From Faecousia sp. (GTDB lineage: Bacteria > Bacillota > Clostridia > Oscillospirales > Oscillospiraceae), in NCBI GenBank assembly GCA_045658365.1, contig JAZOUU010000103.1, forward strand, positions 15,206 to 79,205: DNA of 64,000 bases, written 5' to 3'. The notes below the pieces were generated by a model. The model was not told the DNA's origin and did not search any database. It worked only from the letters and a program-made list of their open reading frames with translations. Of this stretch, positions 20,109 through 29,177 are shown in pieces. A program made the position numbers and the translations under genes. Each line of letters begins with the position of its first letter. Within the stretch, counting starts at the first letter, position 1.

Positions 20109-20601
20109 CTTTACTGACTACATAAATGATGCTGTGCGGATCTTAATTTTGCTTAATGCAGCCAAGAACAGAAAATCCTTAGTAATGACAGAACGAAAGA
20201 TTATGCTGTTTGATTACTATTTGAAGTTCCCCCACACCATGCTGAGTGATCTTGCTGATATGCCATGTGATTTGCAGACACTCGATGAATACTATGCTTT
20301 TTTTCACTGGCAGCCAGACATTATTCGATATCGTAGAAGCATTAATTACTTAATCGCAAAAGGTTTTGCGGAGAAAGGGTTTGATAAAAATCAAACAGTC
20401 TTAAGAATTACATGCCTTGGAGAGGAAGTTGTTGGGCAGATAAACACAACATACAAAAGTCGTATGGAGAAGCTTACATTGACTTTTTTACCGATAGTGG
20501 CAAAACTTTCTGACTCAAGAATCGAAGAGCAAATACGGAATAAGTCCAATATACTTTTGCGTAACGGAGGTGGAAATCATGAAAAAGAGATTGAAGATTG
20601 A
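20098..20601 (+). CDS. lmuC: ABC-three-component middle component (LmuC-like)
   Basis: RILILL, FDYYLKFP, YLIAKG, ITCLG winged-helix pattern; coupled between effector and ATPase. Confidence 0.7.
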   Translation: MEINFTDYINDAVRILILLNAAKNRKSLVMTERKIMLFDYYLKFPHTMLSDLADMPCDLQTLDEYYAFFHWQPDIIRYRRSINYLIAKGFAEKGFDKNQTVLRITCLGEEVVGQINTTYKSRMEKLTLTFLPIVAKLSDSRIEEQIRNKSNILLRNGGGNHEKEIED

Positions 20602-22486
20602 GTCTCTGGTTTTAGTTGGAACAAGAAAGAATTACACAGTAAAATTTCATGATGGCTTTAATCTGATTTCTGGGCATACATCAACGGGTAAAACCTCTAT
20701 TCTGGAAATGATTGACTACGCATTAGGTGCGCAAAGCCATAAGTCCTATATTGAGATAGGAAATTCATGTTCTCATGTTGAGTTAATAGTCGTTATTGGA
20801 GACGAGAAGTTTAAAATTCGAAGAGAACTGTTCAATTTTAAAGCTCCGGTAGTTATTGAGGACTGGAGAGAAGATAAAAACAAGTATCTATTCTATAATC
20901 GGTATGAGATAGATGTGCCGAGTAATCCTAAATCGCTTTCTGCATTTTTGATTGAAAAACTGGGCCTTGCAAATATCACTATATCGGGACAAACTTTCAG
21001 CTTTAGAGATATTTTTAAATATTGTTATATCAAGCAAACAGAAATTGACAATGAAGATATCCTGGGTGAAAAAATTTGGACGAAAGATTTTAAGAGAAGA
21101 GCAACGTTTGAAATCATATTTAATATTTATGATAACGCACTGGAGGATTATAAGCGTGCTCTAGAGGAGCGTAGACAGGAAGCACATGACCTGGCACTTC
21201 AAATTACAGGCATACAGGATTTTTTGAAAACAGTTGATATTGTAGACGCAGAAGCTTGCAAGGAACTTGAGAAGGCAATAAGAAAAGAAATTGCGGAATT
21301 GAGTGTGCAATTAGCTGAAATCAAAAAAGGAAAAGGCAATATGTCAAGCGAAGCGATTGCCTTGCGTCGTCGCATAGAGGAGATCAAATTCAAGCTCGCA
21401 GATCTGGATGAAAAGCATAGAGACCAGAAGCAGTACTTAAAAAAGTTACGTCTTCTGTACAATCAATATCTGAGTGAAGTCGATAAGAAAGAACTGGCAA
21501 TACAGGGATATCTTACTTTTAACCAGTATGAGTTCTTGTTTTGCCCTAATTGCTTGCGTCCCATTAAACGTCCTGAAAATGCTGAAGTTTGCTGTTTGTG
21601 TGGAAGCGAAAAGAGTGATGATACTGCTGAGACTTTAATTCTTAAAAATGAGATATCTGTATTAAAGCGAAAAGCAAATGAACTACTAAAGTTTATTGAT
21701 GCCGAGGAAAGAAAGTATGATGCTATTATTCATGAAACACATGAACTGAAATCAGCTTTGTCTGAAGCTGAAATAGAACTGCTTCATTTATCACAAGGCT
21801 ACATTGATCCCCTTATGGAACGAATTGAATATATCAACTATGAAATTGGACTCAAAAACAGGCGACTATTTGAACTTGAAAAGAATTTAAAAATGTTCCA
21901 AGAGGTCGATAGACTCAGTGAAGTTTTTAAAAAGAAAGAGAATTCCATTGAACTTCTAAAAGCTAATATTAAAGCACTATCTATGAATGCCGTTGATAAG
22001 CAAACATTAATTGAACAGCTTTCAAGCGCTCTGCATAATACTTTAGAAGCATTTGAATATCCTAAATTGAGTACAGCTTATATTGATGATAAACGATATC
22101 TACCCTATGTTCGGGGGAGAAAATATGATGATATAGGTAGTCTAGCAGGAGTAACGCTAATTACAATGGCCTACTATATGGCACTGCTTATGGTTGGATC
22201 TTCAGAGGAATATTATCATCCCAATCTATTGATAATTGATTCTCCGAGGAAGAATCTTGGCGCACAAAACACAGGCGATGAGGAAGAGTTTAAAGATGAG
22301 CGAATTTTTAATGCTACGATCAGATACCTGTATAATACTGTGGAGAGTCGAAAAACGGATATTCAGGTGATTGTGGTTAATAACGGATATCCTGACTTCC
22401 TGCCTCGGGAGTGCGTTGTTGCTGAGTTTGATGCAGATGAGCTGTATGGATTGCCAAGGGGGCTTATTGATGATGCAACTAGCTAA
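20579..22486 (+). CDS. lmuB: SMC-like ABC ATPase (LmuB-like) with Zn-hook
   Basis: Walker A GHTSTGKT, coiled coils, CPNC...CCLCG, Walker B LLIIDSP. Confidence 0.85.
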   Translation: MKKRLKIESLVLVGTRKNYTVKFHDGFNLISGHTSTGKTSILEMIDYALGAQSHKSYIEIGNSCSHVELIVVIGDEKFKIRRELFNFKAPVVIEDWREDKNKYLFYNRYEIDVPSNPKSLSAFLIEKLGLANITISGQTFSFRDIFKYCYIKQTEIDNEDILGEKIWTKDFKRRATFEIIFNIYDNALEDYKRALEERRQEAHDLALQITGIQDFLKTVDIVDAEACKELEKAIRKEIAELSVQLAEIKKGKGNMSSEAIALRRRIEEIKFKLADLDEKHRDQKQYLKKLRLLYNQYLSEVDKKELAIQGYLTFNQYEFLFCPNCLRPIKRPENAEVCCLCGSEKSDDTAETLILKNEISVLKRKANELLKFIDAEERKYDAIIHETHELKSALSEAEIELLHLSQGYIDPLMERIEYINYEIGLKNRRLFELEKNLKMFQEVDRLSEVFKKKENSIELLKANIKALSMNAVDKQTLIEQLSSALHNTLEAFEYPKLSTAYIDDKRYLPYVRGRKYDDIGSLAGVTLITMAYYMALLMVGSSEEYYHPNLLIIDSPRKNLGAQNTGDEEEFKDERIFNATIRYLYNTVESRKTDIQVIVVNNGYPDFLPRECVVAEFDADELYGLPRGLIDDATS

Positions 22487-22781
22487 GGTATGAAAGATAC
22501 AACTAGATGGAATAGTATGATGAATGGTTGCTGCCGTCTTATTATCTGGATGCTGATCTCAGCATATTTTTTATTAGATAAAAGTTTCATTATATGGAAT
22601 TTTGTGATCGGTAGTATCGAACAGAATGATACTGATCAAATAATGCGATACTTGAAAGAAACAGTTGTGGGTCAACAAAAGCGGCATTTCTTGTTCGTCC
22701 TAATAAGTAAATTAAAGTTTCCATTAGGCTTTTTAGTGCATAATACATGGCAAGAAAATAGAAAATATAAAGAGGTAAAAT

Positions 22782-23384
22782 ATGGGTAAATATATTGGCA
22801 TGGTAAGTTCTTTGTTATCCATTTTGGTGATGATTTTTACAGATATCAGTAACCTTCCTACGTTTAAGTGGGTATTAACTGTGGTTTCAATTGGTGGGTT
22901 GGTTTTGGCGTTGGCTCTCGAAGTTCATTATTACTTTAAAGGAAAACCGAAGAAGTATAACAAAGAAGAGAATATTGAGTATATGAAACGAATAATATCT
23001 AATGGAGGTAAAGTGGTTGTTTTTGCAGGAAGTTTGAGTTGGGTAAATAACGATGATATTAAACAGGCGATGTTGAACAAAAAGAGAAAACTGCATTTAT
23101 GTGTAGAAGAATCGGCACCTCATATAGATGAATTTAAGGCGGCGGGTGTTAATGTTTATACATATGGTAGTAGTGGATTTTCACCAAAAACACGTTTTAC
23201 TGTTATGAGAAAGGGAACCACAAATGAGAAGATAGCGATTACCTCCATAGAGGATACTGACAAAGCGGCCATACGGTGGATTTATGAAGTATCCAAGGAC
23301 GATAAGGATTTTAAAAACCGTTGGATTGGATATGCTGCCGAGGATTTATTCAATCTTGCAAAACTTTTAGAAGATAGGAGCTAA
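22782..23384 (+). CDS. Two-TM membrane protein with C-terminal alpha/beta (PLD/TrmB-like) domain
   Basis: Two N-terminal hydrophobic helices; VVVFAGSLSWV, RFTV pattern; RBS GAGG. Confidence 0.65.
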   Translation: MGKYIGMVSSLLSILVMIFTDISNLPTFKWVLTVVSIGGLVLALALEVHYYFKGKPKKYNKEENIEYMKRIISNGGKVVVFAGSLSWVNNDDIKQAMLNKKRKLHLCVEESAPHIDEFKAAGVNVYTYGSSGFSPKTRFTVMRKGTTNEKIAITSIEDTDKAAIRWIYEVSKDDKDFKNRWIGYAAEDLFNLAKLLEDRS

Positions 23385-23385
23385 T

Positions 23386-24129
23386 ATGTATATTAAGCCC
23401 GTTAACTCAATTAGTGAAGTTATTATCGAGCAAGAATGGGATGCTATAGCGGATTACCGGGATAGCTTGATTCGTACAGGTCAAGACATAAGTCTCTTGG
23501 ATGTTACAGAGCCGTTTGTGCTCGAAAACATTAGTCGCGAATCAATACGCACAGTTATTGATTGTGGTTGTGGGACCGGTCATTTGTCTAGTTTGATGGC
23601 AGAAAAACTTGAAAAAGATGTTGTAGGGATCGATATTAGCGGTAGGAGCATAACGCTGGCTCAAAAAAACTACGGCCACAAATCGAATCTTTACTTTGTA
23701 AAAAGCTCGGTGATACATTTTGCCAAACATGATGTGAATTTTGATGCTTGTGTTGCTAATATGGTTCTCATGGATATTACAAACATAAAAAAGAATCTTG
23801 AGGCTATTTATAAAATGGTCAAACCAGAGGGGGTTTTTTGTTTTACAATAACACACCCATGCTTTTGGCCGATTTACTGGTCGTATTTTAATGAGCCTTG
23901 GTTTAAATATGATTCGGAGATTTTTTTAAGGGCACCTCTTTACATTAACAACAAATGTTTAGGGGAGACTACACATATTCATAGACCTTTGACAACATAT
24001 ATATCATTGTGCAAAGAAGCTGGATTTAAGATTGAGGAAATAAGAGAATTGTATCCATTAACATCACACCTTGATTTAGATTATCATTACGAATATCCCC
24101 GTTTTATTGGTTTCGTATGTAGAAGGTGA
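23386..24129 (+). CDS. Class I SAM-dependent methyltransferase
   Basis: VIDCGCGTG, VVGIDIS, FDACVANMVLMD, KPEG.F..TITHPCF. Confidence 0.9.
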   Translation: MYIKPVNSISEVIIEQEWDAIADYRDSLIRTGQDISLLDVTEPFVLENISRESIRTVIDCGCGTGHLSSLMAEKLEKDVVGIDISGRSITLAQKNYGHKSNLYFVKSSVIHFAKHDVNFDACVANMVLMDITNIKKNLEAIYKMVKPEGVFCFTITHPCFWPIYWSYFNEPWFKYDSEIFLRAPLYINNKCLGETTHIHRPLTTYISLCKEAGFKIEEIRELYPLTSHLDLDYHYEYPRFIGFVCRR

Positions 24130-24282
24130 TAATCTATTATTAACAGCCTTGTTCGTTCTTTTTACCTATTATGAAAATAATGATAGCATTTGTGATAGGA
24201 TGCTGCTGGACCGAATGTCGGAGGTTGGGCACAATGAAAAAAGGTGCTGAAGGAAGTGTCCGGTGGGAATAAAATAAATTGA

Positions 24283-24315
24283 AGGCACCGGATTCTGCAA
24301 ATGAATCCGGTGCCT
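24283..24315. repeat. 13-bp inverted repeat
   Basis: aggcaccggattc / gaatccggtgcct. Confidence 0.6.
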
Positions 24316-24572
24316 ACTAATATGTAATGCAGTTGAAAGTGTGATGCTTTTCCTTGGCGAGCAAGTTATGAATAATGGGGAGGCAGCAAAATAACCGGAG
24401 GGATACCGTGCTTGATTAGCTTGAGGTGTTATTTCCGTTGAGGTGTATACATATGAACAATAACTTATAACGCACATGCACGCAAGAAAATTCAAATTGA
24501 CTTTTATAAAAAACTTAATGAAAGCAAAGTGTAGATGCTCAAATATCACTAGAGACGTTTGTTCTAGATATA

Positions 24573-24779
24573 TCACTTTGGGTTGTACTTTCCGGATTTT
24601 TTGTCACAATCCATTGTTTCTGTAATTGCGCGACGAATAAAATCGCTCAACGATTCATTGGTTGTATTTACGTGTTCAGCGATGGCAAGTTTTTCTTCAG
24701 GAGAAACACGTGCCTGCAAATATTCTTGCTTTTCACGGTACTTCCTGCGTGCGCGAATTTGTGCTTCTGTAGGGGACAT
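24573..24779 (-). CDS. Small ribbon-helix-helix-type DNA-binding protein
   Basis: AQIRARRKY..K...LQARV..EEK..I......ESLSDFIRRAI; RBS GAGGTG. Confidence 0.75.
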   Translation of the reverse strand: MSPTEAQIRARRKYREKQEYLQARVSPEEKLAIAEHVNTTNESLSDFIRRAITETMDCDKKSGKYNPK

Positions 24780-24828
24780 TCTTCTCACCTCATGTCTTAG
24801 TATATCATGGAGTTACCTCAAAAGAAAG

Positions 24829-24916
24829 ATATGCACATGTGTATAAAATGCACAAAAATGAGAGTGATTCTTTGTGCAGATTTCCTCTTGATATGCGCAT
24901 GCGCATATGATATGAT
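24829..24916 (+). promoter_or_regulatory. Sigma-A promoter with palindromic operators in the divergent control region
   Basis: TTGATA(24888)-N17-TATGAT(24911); perfect palindrome atatgcgcatgcgcatat at 24891-24908; related near-palindrome at 24830-24845. Confidence 0.65.
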
Positions 24917-25171
24917 ATCAATAGAAAATAAAACAACGGCAGTGCAAGGGAGCGCCAACTCCCATGCACCTGCGCAGGTGGTATCAGCACCTACACAACG
25001 GGATTACCCCGCACCGCAGAGATATTATATCCTTTTTGTATCTTTTTTGCAAGAGGGAAAGTATATCTTTGCGAGGTTACTCCCGGCTATCATATTTTGA
25101 TTTGCACCGTGTAGAGCTATCAGCCCTGCACGGTGTTTTGTTTTCTCTATAAAAATCAAGGAGGAAACACT

Positions 25172-25354
25172 ATGGAAAACAAAAGATTTTTGACAGCCAA
25201 TGATGTGGCAGAGTATATGGGCATTTCGGTGCCGATGGCCTACAAGATCATTCGTCGCTTGAACGACGAACTGGTCGCTGCAGGTTATATCATCGTTTCC
25301 GGTCGAATCAGCCGTAGCTATTTCGAAAAGAAAATCTACGGCGGCATCGCGTAG
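25172..25354 (+). CDS. xis: Excisionase-like HTH protein (ICEBs1 Xis-like)
   Basis: FLTANDVAEYMGIS...AYKIIRRLN.EL...GY....GRI...YF; RBS AGGAGG; directly upstream of integrase. Confidence 0.8.
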   Translation: MENKRFLTANDVAEYMGISVPMAYKIIRRLNDELVAAGYIIVSGRISRSYFEKKIYGGIA

Positions 25355-25365
25355 GAGGTGAGTAT

Positions 25366-26460
25366 ATGCCTGCTTATAAGGAAAAAGACAGGAACACCTG
25401 GACGGTAAAATTCAAGCATAAAAACTGGAGTGGCGAAGCCAAGTGGGTTACCAAAAGAGGTTTTGCAACCAAACGGGATGCACTGCAATATGAACGTGAT
25501 TTTCTGGCTCGCCAGAGCGGCAATCTGGATATGTCATTCGCGGCCTTTGTTACGGTGTACCGAGAGGACAGAGGAGCTCGTATTAAAGAGAGTACCCAGG
25601 AAACAAAAGACAATATCATTGATACCAAGTTGCTGCCTTACTTTGGGGAAAGGAGTATGCGTGATATCACCACCAAGGATATTATGCTCTGGCAGAATGC
25701 TATGCTTGCCTATCGGAATCCGGATACTGGGAAGCCATACTCCAAGTCCTACCTGAAAACGATACACAATCAGTTGAGCGCAATTTTTAACCATGCAGTT
25801 CGCTACTACAAGTTGACCGAAAATCCTGCTCGCACGGTTGGCAATATGGGCAGTGAAAAGGGAATCGAAATGAAATGTTGGACCCGGGAGGAATATCTGA
25901 AATTTGCTGAATACATGATGGATGACCCTGTGGGTTACTACTATTTTCAAATGCTCTACTGGTGCGGTCTCCGTGAGGGTGAGGCGCTGGCATTGACTAT
26001 CGACGACTTTGATTTTGAGAAGAAGACGGTTTCAATCACAAAAACTTTTCAGCATTTGAAAGGAAAGGATGTAATCACCGAACCAAAAACGCCTAAGAGC
26101 AACCGAATTGTAGAAATGCCGGCTTTCCTGGTGGAGGAAATTCAGTACTATATTGAGAAACTGTATGATCCGCGACCGGATGACCGCCTGTTTCCCTTAT
26201 CCAAGAGCTACCTCAACCGCAAGATGGAACAAGGCAGCAAAGAAATGGACATTCAGCGTATTCGAGTGCACGATTTGCGGCATTCTCATGTATCCCTGTT
26301 AATTCATATGGGATACAGTGCCGTGGCAATCGCGGAGCGGATGGGACATGAGTCTATCGACATTACCTTCCGGTATGCTCATCTGTTTCCTAATGTGCAA
26401 CGGCAAATGGCTGCTGATTTGAATACGTTGCAGGAAGGAGGTGATAAAAATGTCGGCTAA
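25366..26460 (+). CDS. int: Tyrosine integrase (arm-binding + SAM-like + catalytic domains)
   Basis: KRGFATKRDA, GLREGE, PKT, HDLRHSH, MGH, YAHL. Confidence 0.93.
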   Translation: MPAYKEKDRNTWTVKFKHKNWSGEAKWVTKRGFATKRDALQYERDFLARQSGNLDMSFAAFVTVYREDRGARIKESTQETKDNIIDTKLLPYFGERSMRDITTKDIMLWQNAMLAYRNPDTGKPYSKSYLKTIHNQLSAIFNHAVRYYKLTENPARTVGNMGSEKGIEMKCWTREEYLKFAEYMMDDPVGYYYFQMLYWCGLREGEALALTIDDFDFEKKTVSITKTFQHLKGKDVITEPKTPKSNRIVEMPAFLVEEIQYYIEKLYDPRPDDRLFPLSKSYLNRKMEQGSKEMDIQRIRVHDLRHSHVSLLIHMGYSAVAIAERMGHESIDITFRYAHLFPNVQRQMAADLNTLQEGGDKNVG

Positions 26461-26767
26461 AGCTCGTGACGGACAAGGACGGTGGCGTTGCAAGACGATC
26501 GGTGTTCGGGTATCTCCTGAGGAAAACGCCGAGATTGACACATTGGTGGCATTGTCGGGCATGACTAAGCAGGATTATTGTATTAGCCGCATATTGCAGC
26601 GCGATGTAGTGGTTGTTGGTAATCCTAGGGTGCACAAAGCACTCAAGAATCAGATGGAACAGCTCTGCCGGGAATTCGAAAGACTGTGCAATGCTAATGA
26701 AGTGAGCGCAGAAGCATTGCATGTGCTGGAATATCTCATGAGAATTTACGAAAGCTTGAAGAATTAA
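26450..26767 (+). CDS. MobC-like mobilization/RHH accessory protein
   Basis: RWRCKTIGVRVSPEE...I...V.LSG.TKQDY...R......V.GNPR family motif. Confidence 0.7.
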   Translation: MSAKARDGQGRWRCKTIGVRVSPEENAEIDTLVALSGMTKQDYCISRILQRDVVVVGNPRVHKALKNQMEQLCREFERLCNANEVSAEALHVLEYLMRIYESLKN

Positions 26768-26781
26768 CAGGAGGAAGTATT

Positions 26782-27492
26782 ATGATTAGAAATTTGGAAG
26801 TCAAGAATGATTTAAACTGTGGCAATGTTATCGCAGGGTGCTATGAAGATCGAGCGGAACAGATGAATCTCCAATGCTATTATGGCATTCGGATGGATAG
26901 CATGGTCATGCCGGAGGAGGATTTTGTAATCAAGCAGTTCTTTGGTACGCTGGAGCAGGTGAACGATTTAATGACTGAGATCGATAAGGATACCCTGTGG
27001 CGAGAATATTATGCGTCATCTCTTGATGCTTTTGAACGCTATCAGTCCGGCGACGCATATTCATTGCATTATGTGGGCGGGGACGCGGAGCAATTTTTGA
27101 GGCCGGTGATTGAGGTGTGCAGATCTGCATTTTTGCTGGACAATCCTGAATGGACCTATCAGGATAAATTCGGATGTCTTATGAGGGCCAGAGCAGATGT
27201 TGTATGTGTTCATCAAGTTTTGCTTTGGGATGGAAATTACTTTATCCGCTGTGCTCGATATGGTTTTGAGGGACTTGAATGCGTACATTCTGAAAAGGGG
27301 TGGATTCCTTACGATGGCAAATCCTGTGGTGTCCCCGCCATGATTGACTCCCAGGGTGCCGGGGACGCATATTGTCGCCTCTTTATGGTGGAAGAAACCT
27401 ACGATGATTTGGACATTGCGAAATGGGATATTCAGCAGGGCAACAAACTGAATTATGAGCAGATCAGCAGAGAATTGTTCTCCGGATGTTAA
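26782..27492 (+). CDS. Hypothetical protein
   Basis: 236-aa ORF with RBS AGGAGG. Confidence 0.7.
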   Translation: MIRNLEVKNDLNCGNVIAGCYEDRAEQMNLQCYYGIRMDSMVMPEEDFVIKQFFGTLEQVNDLMTEIDKDTLWREYYASSLDAFERYQSGDAYSLHYVGGDAEQFLRPVIEVCRSAFLLDNPEWTYQDKFGCLMRARADVVCVHQVLLWDGNYFIRCARYGFEGLECVHSEKGWIPYDGKSCGVPAMIDSQGAGDAYCRLFMVEETYDDLDIAKWDIQQGNKLNYEQISRELFSGC

Positions 27493-27683
27493 CGAAAATG
27501 GGATGGGTGGTTTATGCCATCCATCCCGGAAATAGAGTGGTAAATGTACATGGACAAGATTATAGATACAGTTTTCAAATCAGCCGTGAACACGAACAAT
27601 CTGGCTTTGTCGAGAGCGCGCAGATTAGATTTGCGGAGGACATATAAATGTAAGTGAAATATAAGAGCCGGAGAACCCGGCTC

Positions 27684-29177
27684 TTATTCGTTATCCGGTT
27701 CGTGTTCCGGCGCAATTTTGTTGTTTTCTTCCGCCTCCGCTTGATCTCGGGCACGGCGGTGTGTTTCCAAGTAGTCATATATCACATTGGGAGAGTTCTC
27801 AATAGGGCCTTCCAACGGCTGTGTATACATACTTCCGCTGACAATAGTACCATCAGGAATCGTCATTGAGAGCGTACCCGGTGCCAGCAAATCGTAGCCG
27901 GTGAACTCTATAACCAGCTTTCCTTTTTTGTTAGGAAGTGCAAATGCCTGATTAAATGCATTGCTGCTTTCGTAACAACTGGTTTCAATGGTTTTTTGAT
28001 CCAACACAGCCGGATTGACATATGGACGCAGATTCATTTTCTCTTCAAGTCGTCTCAGCAGATCTTCGTTTCGATAGTCGCTTCGTCTGACACTCGGATT
28101 TTCAATTTTGTGCCCCATTCCAAATTGCCGGTCTTCCGGTCGCGAACCTAAAATGTGCATCTCCGTATTCCAATATCTGCGCCATCCGTATGCTGACGGG
28201 TCACGCTCCTCAGCAAATCCCAACTCCCCGGGAGTGACACGCTTGACTGCCTCTGCAAACTCTTGTGAGTTTACAATATTCTGCAACAGCAGAAAGTCTT
28301 TTTCGCTATACCCAACTTGAGAGAACAACTTGCGAAATGCTGCCGTAAGTTGGAGTGATGCACAGTGTCGGAAGAAATCATCCTTATCGTGAACGATCGG
28401 TACTCTGTGGATATCGGTAATTCCATGTGTCGCATCTGTATTCTCTTGGGAAAATACTTCCACGATACGCCTTTGTTTTTCTTCCAGCAGCAAGGCGAGT
28501 TTACTGCTGATGATTGCTGTCCGATAACCATTATCTGTTTTAAGGCCATCTCGCAAATTACGAGTTTGTCCGCTGGTGGAGTTGTGGATGTACACCTTAG
28601 GGATGGTTTCGCCATCTTTGTAAGAGTAAAAGTCGCCATATGTGGCTCCTGCGGCTTCTTTCAAGCGCAAAGCGTCCTCCATCAGAAAAGCCAAACCGGT
28701 TTGTTCACCGGATTCAGGTACTGATTGGTAAATGAGTTTTGCCATTTTCCAAACCATCACCGGATCCAGCGAACGAGGGGGGACTGTTTCCTCTCGCTGT
28801 TCTACATTTTTCGGAGTAAGTACTTCTCCAGTATGAACGCCCCAAAATGGGTTCTTTAACCCTTCATTTTGGACAGCAAAGTCAGTCACGCACTCGATTA
28901 AATGCCAGTAGTGCTGAAGAGTCGTGTTTTTATAGTGTTTTTCTTTACTTAAATCATAAATCAACTGTTTGTAGTCTTCTGCCGTATATTCAGACAATGG
29001 CCAATCCTTCAGCCGAGGCAAAATATTTTTCTCATAATCCTTTGCATAACTCTCTTTTGTCCCTGATCCCCAATGGTGTTTCTTGGCGATTGCATCAAAG
29101 TGTTTTAGCAGGACACCGGCAAATGTAATCTGACTGTTGTGTTGGACCACCCAGTCATATTCAAAATAGTTATTCAT
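27684..29177 (-). CDS. Divergent tyrosine recombinase (core-binding + catalytic + C-terminal extension)
   Basis: T.ESY...Y.KNILP, KNTTLQHY...NPF; LRLKE, LKT, YGWRR, MGH, RSDY; ATG overlaps upstream stop. Confidence 0.75.
   Translation of the reverse strand: MNNYFEYDWVVQHNSQITFAGVLLKHFDAIAKKHHWGSGTKESYAKDYEKNILPRLKDWPLSEYTAEDYKQLIYDLSKEKHYKNTTLQHYWHLIECVTDFAVQNEGLKNPFWGVHTGEVLTPKNVEQREETVPPRSLDPVMVWKMAKLIYQSVPESGEQTGLAFLMEDALRLKEAAGATYGDFYSYKDGETIPKVYIHNSTSGQTRNLRDGLKTDNGYRTAIISSKLALLLEEKQRRIVEVFSQENTDATHGITDIHRVPIVHDKDDFFRHCASLQLTAAFRKLFSQVGYSEKDFLLLQNIVNSQEFAEAVKRVTPGELGFAEERDPSAYGWRRYWNTEMHILGSRPEDRQFGMGHKIENPSVRRSDYRNEDLLRRLEEKMNLRPYVNPAVLDQKTIETSCYESSNAFNQAFALPNKKGKLVIEFTGYDLLAPGTLSMTIPDGTIVSGSMYTQPLEGPIENSPNVIYDYLETHRRARDQAEAEENNKIAPEHEPDNE

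Noticed and set aside
22490-22789. 99-aa ORF between lmuB and the 2TM gene
   Set aside because: Atypical composition and weak RBS; not supportable as a gene
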